Shown: positions 9,646 to 21,759, numbered from the stretch's first letter. The stretch is DNA of 64,000 nt from Pirellulales bacterium (GCA_963733035.1 CAVTBU010000005.1:1600001-1664000); one strand, 5' to 3'. Numbers and translations are program-made. The notes: generated from the letters alone by a model not told the origin.

Positions 9646-12600
9646 GTGGTCAAGGAGTTGCACTGCGAGTACGTTCTGAGGCGGGCATCGATGTTGGCCG
9701 TGGCGTGTCTGGTGCTGGGAGCCACCGGCTCGACTGCCGACGCGTCTGCCAAGGTCGATTTTCTGCGCGACGTGCAACCGATCTTTGCCGAGCACTGCTA
9801 CCAGTGCCATGGTCCCGATGAGCAGGAGGCCGGGCTGCGACTCAACCTCCGCGACAAGGCACTCGCCGGTGGAGATTCGGGCGTCTGGTTCGTACCCGGC
9901 AAAGCGGGCGAAAGTGAAATCGTCCGCCGCGTCACCGCTGGCGACGATGAACGGATGCCCCCGGCAGACGCTCAGGCCAAGCCGCTCTCGGCCGCACAAA
10001 TCGAAACGATTGAGTCCTGGATTGACGCTGGCGCCGAGTGGCCCGAGGCCAATGCGGCGGGGAGCAATCACTGGGCTTTCCAGCCAATCGAGCGTCGGCC
10101 AGCGCCGTCCGTGAAAGAAGAAGCCTGGGTTCGCAATCCGATCGATCGCTTTGTGCTTGCGCGGCTCGAAGCCCGCGGCATCGCTCCATCGCCCGAAGCC
10201 GACCGCTACACACTCATCAAACGTTTGTCGTATGATTTGCTGGGGTTGCCGCCAACGGTGGCCGAGGTGGACGCCTTTGTGAACGATCCCGGGCCGGATG
10301 CTTACGACCGGCTGGTGGATCGATTGCTCGATTCACCTCGGTTTGGTGAGCGATTTGCCCGACACTGGCTCGACAAGGCCCGCTATGCCGACTCAGACGG
10401 CTACGAAAAAGACAACCCACGCCCCGATGCGTGGCGCTATCGTGATTGGGTGATCGATGCGGTCAACCGCGACCTGCCGCTCGACCAGTTCACGGTTGAG
10501 CAGTTGGCCGGCGACCTGCTCCCAGAGGCCGGTCCACTCGATCGTTTGGCGACGGCCTTTCATCGTCAAACGCTCACCAACACGGAAGGGGGCACCGACC
10601 AGGAGCAGTTTCGCGTCGAGGCGATTTTCGACCGCGTGGCCACGACCGGCACGGTGTGGCTGGGCCTGACGGTGGGCTGCGCACAATGCCATTCGCACAA
10701 GTACGACCCAATCACGCACCAGGAATACTATCAACTTTTCGCGTTCTTCAACAACGGCGACGAAACGCAATCCGATGTGCCGCTGGTCGGCGAGCCGCTG
10801 ACAAAATGGCAGCGAGAAAAACAACAGGCCGAAGCCAAGCTGGCAACCTTGCGCCCGCAACTCGAAAAACTGCGCAGCGACCGCGCTGCGGGATTGGCAG
10901 CCTGGGAAGCCGAGCTCAAGGTCGCGCCGCCCGTTTCGATCGAATACCATCCCGTCGAGTTGGTAAGCGCCGCGTCGAGCGCGGGCGCCGAAATCAAGAC
11001 GCTCTCTGACGGTTCGTACCTGATCGCCGGCAAGAATCCCGATGTTGATCGGCTGACGGTGGTCGTGAAGACGGAACAGCCGGAAATCAGCGGTTTGCGG
11101 ATCGAAGCGCTCGCGCACGATTCGCTGGGTGGCCGTGGGCCGGGACGGACCGATCACGGCAACTTCGTGCTCGGTGAGTTCAAGGCGTTAGCTTCGCCGG
11201 ACGGCAAATTCAAGGACGACCAGAAGGTGGCGCTAAAGTTTGCCGAGGCCGACTACAACCAGGACGGTTTCGCGCCGCAGGCGGCCATCGACGGTAATGA
11301 AAAAACGGGTTGGGCCGTGGGCGGGCAGACCGGCCGCGACCACCGGGTCGAGTTCTTTACCGAGAAGCCGATCGACACGAAATCCTCGCCCTGGCTGCAA
11401 CTGACGCTCAGTCAGAACTACGGCGGACAGCACACGCTGGGCAGGTTCCGCGTTTCGGCCGTGACGGGCAATGATCCCCTGCGTGGCGTTCCCGAGAAGA
11501 TCCGCGCTTTGCTCGCGACGCCGACAGAAAAGCGAACGGCCGAGCAAACGGCCGCACTGACCGACTATTACGTTCGTCGCGACGAGCAAGTCGATAAGCT
11601 GGCCGATGAAATCGCCAAGCTCGAACAGCGCGTGACGGCCGAGCCGGTGATGAACGTCCGCGTGATCAGCCAGCGCACGAACGAACCTCGCTCCAGCCAC
11701 ATCTTGTCCCGTGGCGACTTTTTGAGCCCGGCGGCGGAGGTTCAGCCCAATACGCTGGCCATATTGCCCCCAATGGCGCCACGCGCCAAAGGTTCGGCCG
11801 ATCGACTCGACCTGGCCCGCTGGCTGGTCGATCCGGCCAATCCGCTTACCCGCCGCGTGATGGCGAATCAGCTCTGGTCGCATTTGTTCGGCCGCGGCAT
11901 CGTGCGAACGCTCAACGACTTCGGCGTTCGTGGCGAGCGACCGACGCATCCACAATTACTCGACTGGTTGGCTTGTGAAATCGACGCGCGCGGCTGGAGC
12001 CGCAAGGACATGCTGCGGTTGATCGTTTCCTCGGCCACCTATCGGCAAAGTTCGGCCAGCCGGCCGGAGTTGGCCGAGCTTGACCCGCTCAATGATACGT
12101 TCTATCGCCAGAACCGCTACCGCGTGGAGGCCGAGTTGGTGCGCGACCTGACGCTGTCGGTGGCCGGCTTGCTTTCGGACAAGATCGGCGGGCCGAGCGT
12201 GTTTCCGCCAATGCCCGAGGATGTTGCGGCGCTCAGCTATGCAAACAACTTCAAGTGGAAAACCAGCGATGGCGAAGACCGTTATCGCCGCGGCATGTAC
12301 ACGTTCTTCAAGCGAACGGCGCCGCATCCGAATCTCGTGACTTTCGACTGCCCGGACGCCAACACCACCTGCGTCGAGCGCCGCGCGTCGAACACGCCGC
12401 TGCAAGCACTGACAACCCTGAACAATGATACGTACATCGAAGCCGCGCAGGCGATGGCCCAACGTGCATTGCAGTCCGACGCGACGGACGATCAAGGGCG
12501 CTTGCAACGGGCGCTACGATTGTGCATTGCCCGCCCGCCGCGACAGGATGAGTTGGCAGCGTTTGCCGAACTGCTGAGCGACAGCCGCGGCTGGTACGCC

Positions 12601-12732
12601 CAGCGCACCGAAGAGGCCAAGTCGACCGTCGGATCCTATGGAGTCAGCGGTGTTGCGGCGGAGGAAAACGCCGCTTGGATCGCGACGGTGCGCATGATGA
12701 TGAACCTCGATGAGTTTCTGACGCGCGAATAG
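9646..12732 (+). CDS. Planctomycete cytochrome-c / DUF1549 / DUF1553 (PSD1) protein
   Basis: CYQCH and CAQCH heme-type motifs, HWAF, NPIDRF, WLDKARYADSDGYE, PTHPQLLDWLA, SNTPLQAL. Confidence 0.93.
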   Translation: MVKELHCEYVLRRASMLAVACLVLGATGSTADASAKVDFLRDVQPIFAEHCYQCHGPDEQEAGLRLNLRDKALAGGDSGVWFVPGKAGESEIVRRVTAGDDERMPPADAQAKPLSAAQIETIESWIDAGAEWPEANAAGSNHWAFQPIERRPAPSVKEEAWVRNPIDRFVLARLEARGIAPSPEADRYTLIKRLSYDLLGLPPTVAEVDAFVNDPGPDAYDRLVDRLLDSPRFGERFARHWLDKARYADSDGYEKDNPRPDAWRYRDWVIDAVNRDLPLDQFTVEQLAGDLLPEAGPLDRLATAFHRQTLTNTEGGTDQEQFRVEAIFDRVATTGTVWLGLTVGCAQCHSHKYDPITHQEYYQLFAFFNNGDETQSDVPLVGEPLTKWQREKQQAEAKLATLRPQLEKLRSDRAAGLAAWEAELKVAPPVSIEYHPVELVSAASSAGAEIKTLSDGSYLIAGKNPDVDRLTVVVKTEQPEISGLRIEALAHDSLGGRGPGRTDHGNFVLGEFKALASPDGKFKDDQKVALKFAEADYNQDGFAPQAAIDGNEKTGWAVGGQTGRDHRVEFFTEKPIDTKSSPWLQLTLSQNYGGQHTLGRFRVSAVTGNDPLRGVPEKIRALLATPTEKRTAEQTAALTDYYVRRDEQVDKLADEIAKLEQRVTAEPVMNVRVISQRTNEPRSSHILSRGDFLSPAAEVQPNTLAILPPMAPRAKGSADRLDLARWLVDPANPLTRRVMANQLWSHLFGRGIVRTLNDFGVRGERPTHPQLLDWLACEIDARGWSRKDMLRLIVSSATYRQSSASRPELAELDPLNDTFYRQNRYRVEAELVRDLTLSVAGLLSDKIGGPSVFPPMPEDVAALSYANNFKWKTSDGEDRYRRGMYTFFKRTAPHPNLVTFDCPDANTTCVERRASNTPLQALTTLNNDTYIEAAQAMAQRALQSDATDDQGRLQRALRLCIARPPRQDELAAFAELLSDSRGWYAQRTEEAKSTVGSYGVSGVAAEENAAWIATVRMMMNLDEFLTRE

Positions 12733-12767
12733 CCTCAAAGTCTGCTACCCATTGGAAGGCCAAGACC

Positions 12768-14268
12768 ATGGAATCGCATCCGCTGGTTGAGCACACCCGA
12801 CGTAACTTCCTGACGAGCGCCGCCAGCGGGCTGGGTGCCGTAGGCCTCATGCAAGCGCTGGCCGGTGATGGGTTGTTTTCGGCGGCCCACGGGGCCACGG
12901 CCGAGCAGGGCGCGTCGGGTGACATCAATCCGCTCGCGCCAAGGCGCCGCATTTCGCGCCCAAGGCCAAGAGCTGCATCTTCATCTTCATGGCCGGGGCG
13001 CCCAGCCACATCGACCTGTTCGATCCCAAGCCGAAGCTCAATGAGCTGAACGGGCAGGCGCTGCCCGAGTCGATGGTCAAAAACGTCCGCTTCGCGTTTC
13101 TGAAGAAGGACACGGCGCGGCTGATGGGCTCGAAGCGAGTCTTCACCAAGCACGGCGAGTGCGGCATGGAGCTATGCGACCTGCTGCCCCACATCGGTAG
13201 CGTGGCCGACGATCTGCTGCTGGTGCGCAGCATGCATACCGATCAGTTCAACCACCACCCGGGCCAACTGTTGATGCAGTGTGGCAGGGCCACGTTCGGT
13301 TTGCCCTGCATGGGATCCTGGCTCACCTACGGGTTGGGAAGCGAGTCGAAGAACCTGCCGGGCTACGTGGTGCTCACGGCCGGACGCGGTTCGAGCGGCG
13401 GCGCCACCCTGTGGCAAAGCGGCTTCTTGCCGAGCGTTTACTCGGGCGTGCTGTTTCGCAACCAGGGCGAACCGGTGCTCAACTTGCGCACTCCGGCGGG
13501 AATTCCCGACGCGTTGCAGCGCAAGGGGCTTGACGTTTTGGGACGGGTCAATCAGGCCCGCTTCGAGCAGATGCACGATCCGGAAATCGCCAGCCGCATC
13601 GCCAGCTACGAGCTCGCCTTCCGAATGCAATCGGCCGCGCCAGAACTGATCGACCTGGAGCAAGAAACGCAGGCTACGATCGACGCCTACGGACTCGACC
13701 GCAAGGAGCCAGAGGCCAAGGGGGGACGTAGCGGCGGGCCAGGGCAGTTCCGCTCGTTCGCTTCGAACTGCCTGCTAGCGAGGCGAATGGTCGAGCGTGG
13801 CGTACGCTTCGTCAACATCATTCATGCCTCGTGGGATCATCACTCGAATCTTGATGTCGAGCTCCCCTTCAACGCCGAGATGGCCGACCAGCCGATCGCC
13901 GCGCTGATCAAGGATCTCAAGCAGCGCGGCCTGCTCGACGAGACGTTGGTGGTGTGGGCCAGCGAGTTCGGCCGCACGCCGCTGGGCGAGAACCGCAACG
14001 GCTCGGAGATGGTGACCGGCCGCGACCACCACCCGTTCGCCTTCAGCATCTTCATGGCCGGCGGCGGCATCAAAGGGGGCAGGTCTACGGCGAGACCGAC
14101 GAAATCGGCTGGGCCCCGGTGAAAGACCCGGTGCACATCAACGACTTCCAGGCCACGCTATTGCACCTGTTCGGCATGGACCACCTGAAGCTAACCCACC
14201 GCTTCCAAGGCCGCGACTTCCGCCTGACCGACGTACGCGGGAACGTGATTGATCGGTGGTTGGCGTAG
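12768..14268 (+). CDS. DUF1501 protein with Tat-like signal; two 1-nt frameshifts (~12940, ~14078)
   Basis: [45 protein letters not shown]. Missing C and missing G in homopolymer runs. Confidence 0.9.
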
Positions 14269-14585
14269 CGATCGACGTTTCCACAGCGTTAGTCGGAAAT
14301 TGCGGGCCGTACAACCTTCCAAGTTGCCATGCGATGGCCCCAGACGTCGATCTCAGGTCCCTTTCCAACGGTGCAAACGAACACCTGCCCGCAGGCCACA
14401 CACATTTCCATGCGAAGGTAATTCCGGGGCGATCGGGCGAGTTATCGCAATAAAGGTCCGCCAAATCACCACCCTCTCGTCCCATTTCCGTATCAACCAT
14501 CCATTGGGTGAATTCCTCTGATTTGGCGAAGGAGCGATCCGTGCAGAACCGAGGCGCAGGTTGGATATCCGATCGTGTGATTCAT

Positions 14586-15833
14586 CTAGCGACCCGGCGT
14601 CGTGGCTGATCCGATACAATAAAGATACTTGTTCGAGCGGATGAAGAGCTGACCCTGGCAGGGGACGATGGCCGAGCGGAACAGTTCATCGCTGCCGCTT
14701 TCGAGTTTGCTTTCGCCGATGGTTTTCATTTGCGGGCCCGGTTCGATGACGATCGTGTCCCCCTCTTCGCTGTGGAAGTAGGCACGTCCTTCGGCCACCA
14801 GCGGCGTGGTGGAAAACTTCGGACCGATCCGTTCTTTCCAAAGTTCCTTGCCGTTGGCGCAGTCGTAGCACACCAGCACGCCGGCCATGCTGCAGCCGAG
14901 TAGATAATCGCCGACGACGACGGGGGAGGGCAGATCGCGGCCCGCGCGGCGTGGCGTGTGCCACTCGCGATGCGTATGCGGTAACGTCGCCCGAGCCGCC
15001 GGGCGCACGCAGTAGATGTCGCCCGAAAGGCCGTTAATGACATAGAGCTTGCCGTGGGCAAAGGCCGGCACCGGTTCGCCGCGGCCGTTAAAGCCCTTAC
15101 AGAACCAGAGCTCCTTGCCCGTCTTCGGATCATAGCTCCGCACTCCAGTGTGGCTGTTCAGAATCACCTCCTCGCGCTCGGGCGTTCTGATAACAATGGG
15201 CGTGCTCCAGCCGCGGATGACCTGCCGCGGCGCTTGCCACACGGTCTCCCCGGTGCGGGCGTCGACAGCCAACACGCTCGACTCGGGCGACTCGCTGTCG
15301 CAGTTCTGGATGATCGTGTTGCCGTAGAAGATCGGGCTGGCGGCCGTGCCCCAGGGGCCGGCGAACTCGCCGAGGTCGCGTGACCAAAGCGGTTTGCCGT
15401 CGAGCGTATAGGCGTGCAAGCCACCCTTGCCGAAAAACGCGACCACGATCTTGCCGTTCGTCGCGCAGGTGGCCGAGGCGTGACCGTTCATGTTGTGGCT
15501 GCGCTCGGGCTCGCCGGTCCAGGCAATTTGTTCCCAAAGCGTGGTGCCATTGCGGCGATCGATCGCAAAGACCATTCGCTGCCGCCCGCCATCGAGCGCG
15601 GTGGTTAGAAAGATCGAGTCGCCCCAGATGCAGGGCATCGATTGGCCGAACCCCTTTAGTTCGGCTTTCCAAATGACGTTGTCGGCCGTCCAGGCAGTGG
15701 GCAAACCGGTTTCCGCGGTATGGCTGGAGCCGTCGGGGCCACCCCACCGTGGCCAGTTGACTTCCGCACGGGCCGTAGCGATCCACGCCAAACACATGGC
15801 CAACACGACCATTCCGACGATTGCCTTTCTCAT
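14586..15833 (-). CDS. PQQ-like/BamB-type beta-propeller protein
   Basis: Signal peptide, NWPRWGGP, repeated GxxxW blades. A compensating indel pair near 14965-15000 garbles the expected GGSGDVT. Confidence 0.9.
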   Translation of the reverse strand: MRKAIVGMVVLAMCLAWIATARAEVNWPRWGGPDGSSHTAETGLPTAWTADNVIWKAELKGFGQSMPCIWGDSIFLTTALDGGRQRMVFAIDRRNGTTLWEQIAWTGEPERSHNMNGHASATCATNGKIVVAFFGKGGLHAYTLDGKPLWSRDLGEFAGPWGTAASPIFYGNTIIQNCDSESPESSVLAVDARTGETVWQAPRQVIRGWSTPIVIRTPEREEVILNSHTGVRSYDPKTGKELWFCKGFNGRGEPVPAFAHGKLYVINGLSGDIYCVRPAARATLPHTHREWHTPRRAGRDLPSPVVVGDYLLGCSMAGVLVCYDCANGKELWKERIGPKFSTTPLVAEGRAYFHSEEGDTIVIEPGPQMKTIGESKLESGSDELFRSAIVPCQGQLFIRSNKYLYCIGSATTPGR

Positions 15834-15959
15834 GCGCACGATGCAACTCCTGGCTGTAGAAACGGGAACCTGGAAAGACGAACCCCTGCGGGTCGAGAAA
15901 GTTCCGCTGCCTGGCGGACAATCGTCACGCGGTGGGAGCAACCAGCAGTCGGGCCGCAA

Positions 15960-17270
15960 CTATACCAACTCAACGATCGGCGTGCCTTGTTCGATCATAT
16001 TCACCGGCCGGCCGGCGTTGTTGATGAATTGCGTGTCGCGGGGAATCCCCAGCACGTGAAACACGGTGGCCATCAGATCCTGCGGTCGAATGGGCGCACT
16101 GCGGGGAACGTCACCCTTGGGCATCGACTCGCCAACAACCTGCCCGGTGTTCAAGCCGCCGCCTGAGAGCGCCAGCGTGCTCAACGGAGCCCAATGGTCG
16201 CGGCCGGCGTTTTTGTTGACCTTGGGCGTGCGGCCGAACTCGCCGGTAACGACCAGCAGAATGCGGTCACTCAGCCCGCGCTGATGCACGTCCTTGACGA
16301 ACGCGGCAATCGCCTGATCGAGGCTGGGGCTGAGCTTTTCCATGCGCTTCTTGATGCCGTTGTGCATGTCCCAACCGTTGTAAGACAGCGTGACGAAACC
16401 GCAGCCCGCCTCGCACAGCCGCCGGGCACGCAGCAGTTGTTCGCCAAGCCCTTTACCGTAGGCCGCGCGGGTCTTCTCGCTCTCTTTCTTTACGTCGAAC
16501 GCCTCGGGGGCTCCGCCAAGCACCAGGTTGAACGCCTGCTGTTCGAAGCGGCTCATCCCTTCCATCGCGCCGGAAGCATCGACCTGGCTATTGAGCCGGT
16601 CGAGGCTCGCCAGCAGAAAGCGGCGGTTGCCAACCCGGTTTTCGGGCACCGCCAGCGATAGATTCTTGAGTGCCTGGCCGTTGGGATCGAACGGGCTGTA
16701 AGCCGCGCCGAGAAAAGCGGGCCCGTCAATGCCCGAGCGAAGCCGATTCAGGGCCACATACGTCGGCATTCCCGTGACCGCATGATTACTTCCGCGCACG
16801 CGGGCCACGATCGAGCCGATCGAAGGTCGGGCCGGGGCGCCGCCGTTGTCGATGTTGCGGTTGTCGTAGCCCGTGTTGACGTAGTGCGTGCCCCCCACGT
16901 GCCCGCTATTGTTGTGAGCGAACGAGCGGACGAAGGCCATCTTGTCGGCCACGCCAGCAATTTTGGGGAACGTGCCACCGATCGTGACGCCGGGCAATCG
17001 AGTTTTGACCTCGCCGGTCGTGCTGCGATATTCCGACGGGGCGCGCATGTGCGGGTCGAACGTTTCGACGTGCGTGGGTCCGCCCGCCAACCAAACCCAA
17101 ACGATGGAAGTTTCCTTGACTGGTTTGCCCGCGGCCTTGGCCTGGGCGCGGGCGGCCAGCAGCTGTGGCAACGTAAGCGCGCCAGCTCCCAAGGCTCCGA
17201 TCTTCAGGAAGTCGCGGCGGGCAATGCCTTCACAATCTCGGGTCCCACGGTCAGTGAACAGTTCCAACAT
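15960..17270 (-). CDS. DUF1501 protein with Tat-like signal
   Basis: ARRDFLKIG, GGPTHVETFDP, ARRLCEAG, WDMH, GEFGRTP, GRDHW; AAGGAG RBS. Confidence 0.92.
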   Translation of the reverse strand: MLELFTDRGTRDCEGIARRDFLKIGALGAGALTLPQLLAARAQAKAAGKPVKETSIVWVWLAGGPTHVETFDPHMRAPSEYRSTTGEVKTRLPGVTIGGTFPKIAGVADKMAFVRSFAHNNSGHVGGTHYVNTGYDNRNIDNGGAPARPSIGSIVARVRGSNHAVTGMPTYVALNRLRSGIDGPAFLGAAYSPFDPNGQALKNLSLAVPENRVGNRRFLLASLDRLNSQVDASGAMEGMSRFEQQAFNLVLGGAPEAFDVKKESEKTRAAYGKGLGEQLLRARRLCEAGCGFVTLSYNGWDMHNGIKKRMEKLSPSLDQAIAAFVKDVHQRGLSDRILLVVTGEFGRTPKVNKNAGRDHWAPLSTLALSGGGLNTGQVVGESMPKGDVPRSAPIRPQDLMATVFHVLGIPRDTQFINNAGRPVNMIEQGTPIVELV

Positions 17271-17363
17271 GGCCAAAGCTCCTTCGGCTGTGCGTACGCC
17301 GTTTTCGCGGGAGGGCAGGGCGAGGCGGGAAGTAAAACCGATCAGCGTCAGCTTATGTTTGGC

Positions 17364-17392
17364 AGTATAGCGCCATTCATTAAACCGTTCAA
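17364..17392 (-). promoter_or_regulatory. Sigma70-type promoter for the DUF1501/PQQ genes
   Basis: Minus strand TTGAAC-17nt-TATACT. Confidence 0.5.
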
Positions 17393-17576
17393 CGTTGCCA
17401 TCGGACTGCTAAATCCGGTTCACCTACCCCCCGAAAGTTTGCAAGAGAGCGGCCAAGTCGGCTAACATGCGGCAAGCTGCCCGCGGCGACGCCGGAACGC
17501 GCCCCGGGAAGGACCCGGCCGAGGAGATTTGCGTCGGGTCCGCATCTCACAACGCTCAATTCGAGGGGAGGTTGTC

Positions 17577-18495
17577 ATGGCTCGCAATCGATGGCTCGTG
17601 GCGGCTTTGGGGCTGGTGACTTGGTTGGCGCTCGGGAGTGTCACACGCGCCCAGTTGGGCTCGGGCGAGTTCAGTCCGCCTTCGGCAGGCAGGGCGCTCA
17701 TCAACGACACACGCGTTGATGCGCCGGACGACGACGATCCCTTTGGCGGTGGCGAAGTGGCGCCCGCCGACAATCCGTTTGCCGCGCCGGCCAAACCGGG
17801 TGTGAAAAAAGCGACTGACAAGCCGACCTCCGATGACAATCCGTTTGGCGATAGCAGCCGGGAACAAAAGCCTAGACGCGCCAGGAAGCCGTCCAAATCT
17901 CCCAAGGCCGCACCGCGCGAATCAAACCGGGGTTTACGCCCAAGCAGCAACGAGCGAGTGCGCGACGCACTTGCATCCCCGACACGGATGGAATTCACGG
18001 AAATGCCTTTGCAGGACGCCGTGGTCGTATCTTGAAGGACGTATCACGACATTGAAATCCAAATCGACAATCCGCGCTTTGGAAGACGCTGGCGTGGGCA
18101 GCGAAACACCGGTCACGCGAAACCTAAACGGGATTCCGCTGAAGTCGGCGCTGCGACTGTTGCTCAGCGAGTACGATTTGGACTATGTCATTCGCGACGA
18201 CGTGCTGATGATCACGACTAACGACGTGGCGAGCAATTGGTTGGAGCTCGAGGTCTACGATGTTTCGGACCGGGTCGGCCCAGGGGTGAACGCCCAAGAA
18301 GTGGCCGCGACGCTGTCGATGCTGCATCAGCCCGTCGTTCAGGGAATGGGTGGGGGAATGGTCATGCCGTCCGACCTGAAAATCAGGATCGTGCCATTTC
18401 ACAACCTGTTGATCGTGTATGCCCCGCAGCACGAGCACGAGAAGATTGAGGACCTGTTCTCGCAGATCAAAGCGAAGCTGAACGCCGACGACTAG
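17577..18495 (+). CDS. Exported protein with DDPF low-complexity region and secretin N/STN-like domain; clustered indels at 18020-18075
   Basis: GGAGG RBS, signal peptide, FTEMPLQDAV, LKSALRLLL..YVIRDDVLMITT..VYDV. Confidence 0.75.
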
Positions 18496-19367
18496 CCCGG
18501 CTCGTACGGCTCCATGTGAACCAGCACGTCGCGCACCGCCGGCACGTACTGCCGCACGGCGCCTTTCACCTTGCCGCTGAGGATGTGGGCGTCGTGCAAC
18601 GATAGCAATGGATCGGCCTGCACGTGCAGGTCGACCAGCAGTTCGGTGCCGAACCGGCGTACGCGCAGCTTTTCGGTTGCGCATACGCCTTCGACCGATC
18701 GGGCGGCCCGTTCGATCTCCTCCAGCAGCGCGGCCTCGGGCATGCGGTCCATCAAGTCGTTAACGGCCGACCTCAGGAACCGGCCGCCGTTGAGCGCGAT
18801 AATCGTCGCCGCGGCGATGGCGGCCCAGTCGTCCGCCGTGGCCCAGCCAGGGCCTCCCCAAATGGCCAGCGCGATGCCCACGAACGCGGCGGCCGAAGTG
18901 ATGGCGTCGCTGCGGTGATGCCAGGCGTCTGCCATCACCACGTGGCTTTGCGCCTCGCGGCCCACTTTGAAAACCTTGCGAAACAGTACCTCTTTGATGA
19001 GCACCACGCCGGCCAGCACGAACAGCGTGAAGGGCAGGGGGGCATGGTGCGGCGTGCCGATTTCGTGAACTGCGGCAATCGTGATGCCGATGGCGGCGCC
19101 GAGCAACATGAGCGCCACGGCCGCCGTGGCCAACGCTTCGGCCTTGCCGTGACCGTAGGGGTGCGACTCGTCGGGTGGCAGGGCCGAAACGTGCAATCCG
19201 CCCCACACGATCAGAGAAGCGAAAATATCCGTCGACGACTCGACGGCGTCGGCCACCAGGGCATAGGAATGCCCTACGATTCCGGCGGCCAACTTGGCGA
19301 CCACCAGCGCAGCATTAACAAACAGTCCTGCCTGTGCCGCACGGATGCCAGAAGTGAAATGCCTCAC
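18492..19367 (-). CDS. Cation diffusion facilitator transporter (FieF-like)
   Basis: ALVADAVES, HPYGHGKAE, ADAWHHRSD, C-terminal VLVHMEP. Confidence 0.93.
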   Translation of the reverse strand: MRHFTSGIRAAQAGLFVNAALVVAKLAAGIVGHSYALVADAVESSTDIFASLIVWGGLHVSALPPDESHPYGHGKAEALATAAVALMLLGAAIGITIAAVHEIGTPHHAPLPFTLFVLAGVVLIKEVLFRKVFKVGREAQSHVVMADAWHHRSDAITSAAAFVGIALAIWGGPGWATADDWAAIAAATIIALNGGRFLRSAVNDLMDRMPEAALLEEIERAARSVEGVCATEKLRVRRFGTELLVDLHVQADPLLSLHDAHILSGKVKGAVRQYVPAVRDVLVHMEPYEPG

Positions 19368-19757
19368 GGCCGTAGTTTAGCAGGCGGTGTGCCCGTTGGG
19401 GACGGGGTGCGGTACGTCATGTTCCTGTCCCGAACAGAGTCGGGCGCCGCCGTGCAAATCGGCATCAACCGTGACAATCGGACTCTCGGCCGGCCTACGA
19501 CGTTCATCATTGTGCCAACCCGCGCAGCCGAACCCCCGCGGAGCGAAACTTCGCATCGCCGCACTATAGCCTGGGGGACCTTGCGGCCGATGTAAAGTTT
19601 GCCGCTCATGGAGGAGTCTGAGGATTGGGTTGTCCGCCCGCACAGGCCAAGTGCGCTGGCGCGATCGATCCGGCTCGCCAATTCCTTGGGAGGCAAATCG
19701 TTCCAGTCAGGGAACCGACGTGTCCGCAACTTTTGGCGCAGGCCCCTGACATTACTT

Positions 19758-21352
19758 GTGAATAAACAAATTCCCAACTACCTGCGGCTGGTGTCCGATA
19801 CTAGCTTGCAGCCGCGTACGACGCAGAACGAGGACCTGGCCGCGCTCGACCACGTGTCTCAGAGTTTCGCCCGAGCCACGGGGTGGCAACTCGAGTACGC
19901 CGCCGGTCCACCGCCCTCGGTAACAACGAGCCTGATGTGGTCCGCCCCGGTCGATCCGGGCGTTGGAACCTCTCCCGGGCACATTAGGCTCTTATTTCCC
20001 GAGGAGCGTAAGTCGTCTGAAAATCACGCCAAGCCGTCACTGTCGCTCGAGCAGGCCGCGCCGTTGGCCGAAGCCATCGGACAGCTGTGGGGCGAAGTGC
20101 TTCACACCCGGCATGCCCTGCGTCAGCGTGAAGCCGAACTTGCCGCTGGCGTTCCGCTGGTCGTGCGCGATGACGATGCCCGCGCCCCGTCGCTCGCCGA
20201 GCGACTAGAATCGGTACTCAAGGGCGGCGCCGAAGCGATCGGCTGCCAGGCTGCCGCGCTCTACCTGTTGGACGACGCGACAAGCGAGCTCAAGTTGCGC
20301 TCGAGCTGGGGTCTGCCGCGGCGGCGGTTGGCCGATCCGGCGCGGCCCTTGCGCCGGCGCTGGCGGATCTCGAGGCATTGCTGGGGCACGCCGTGGTGAT
20401 GAACGAACCGGCGCTCTTCGACTATTGGAAAGTGCCGCAAGAGGGTTTCCGGTCGTGTGTCTGCGTGCCGGTTGCCAGTCCGTCGATGCCGCTGGGCACA
20501 CTCTGGATCTTCAGCGAACGCGTTCGCGACTTCACTGACGCAGAGACGAATATCGTGGAAGTTGTCGCCGGCCGCCTGGCCTCGGATTTGGAACGCGAAA
20601 CCCTGGTGGACGAGGCCGTATCCGCCAGGGAAAACTCGCAGCAGATCGCTCGCGGACAGCGCGCCCAGCAGGAACATCTGCCCAGCGTGCCGCCGATGGT
20701 CGAAGGCTGGGAAGTTGCCGCCCGGGCATATCATGCCGCGCCGGTCGGCGGTTCGTTTTACGATTGGTTCGCGCTGGACGACGGTAGCCTTTCGATCGTG
20801 GCTGGCGACTTGCGGCAGACGGGTATCGAAGGAGCCATGGCGGCAAACCTGCTTCGTGGCGCCGCGAGGGCATTTGGCACGGACCGCAAGGCGGCGCATG
20901 AATTCGCACAAAAGGCGAGCCAGATTCTCTGGTCGGCCACTTCCGGCGATGCCGCGGCGGGGCTTTTTCACGGCGTGCTCGAACCGAAGGCCGGCGTACT
21001 CGAGTTCTGTTCCGCCGGACCGGTGCGCGTGATGAGCCTCGGCACTGATTCGTACGTGGTGTTGGAAGGTCCCTCGGCGGCGCTCGGCGAACAAGAGTTG
21101 GTTCGACTTGCGACCCGGCACCATCCCGTCGGCGACGGCGAATTGATCGTATGCTATGGCACGACGTTCTTGGGCGAGGCCGACGAGCAAATGTTGGCCG
21201 CGTTCGACCAAAGGCTGGCCCTGGCCCTGGAACCTTACTGCGGGCGACCGCTCAGCAAGTTGGCCGACGTGGCCGGCGAGATCCTCGATGGCTATCTCCA
21301 CGGCCAACTGGCCGACCGAGTGATCCTGCTCATTCGCCGCCAACGGGATTAG
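19758..21352 (+). CDS. GAF + SpoIIE/PP2C phosphatase-like protein; frameshift at ~20355
   Basis: GAF segments (AAALYLLDDATSELKLRSSWGL, VCVPV..LGTLWIF) and PP2C segments (VGGSFYDW, IVAGD). Catalytic aspartates are partly degenerate. Confidence 0.82.
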
Positions 21353-21476
21353 TTGCGGCGACCGAAAACGCGCCGGGCTGCCGCCGGTTCCGTTCAGCAT
21401 CCGTGCAAATCTGAAGTTGCCGATTGCTGCCCAATGAAACGTTCCCCCCACCGATTGCCCCTCAAACCCGATCGCC

Positions 21477-21504
21477 TTGACGGCCGCGCTAAATGCCGTA
21501 GACT
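21477..21504 (+). promoter_or_regulatory. Sigma70-type promoter of tRNA-Leu
   Basis: TTGACG-16nt-TAGACT ending 21 nt before the tRNA. Confidence 0.55.
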
Positions 21505-21525
21505 TCGGACATAGCCAACTTTGAC

Positions 21526-21609
<84 letters not shown>

Positions 21610-21759
21610 GTATTTACAACGTTAGCAACAGGCTAGGAACCAAGCGCTTTTCAACGGCCGGCCACGGGAATGCCCAGCAGTCGTTCGGCTTCGGCTCGGA
21701 AGTGAACAAGCCCGTTGAATGGAGCCGTTGTCGCGGTGGGCGTAGAGTGCGGCGCGGTC

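Noticed and set aside
14290..14580. Possible small frameshifted minus-strand gene with WKCVACG zinc-ribbon motif
   Set aside because: No clear start, requires an assumed indel, and no recognisable family
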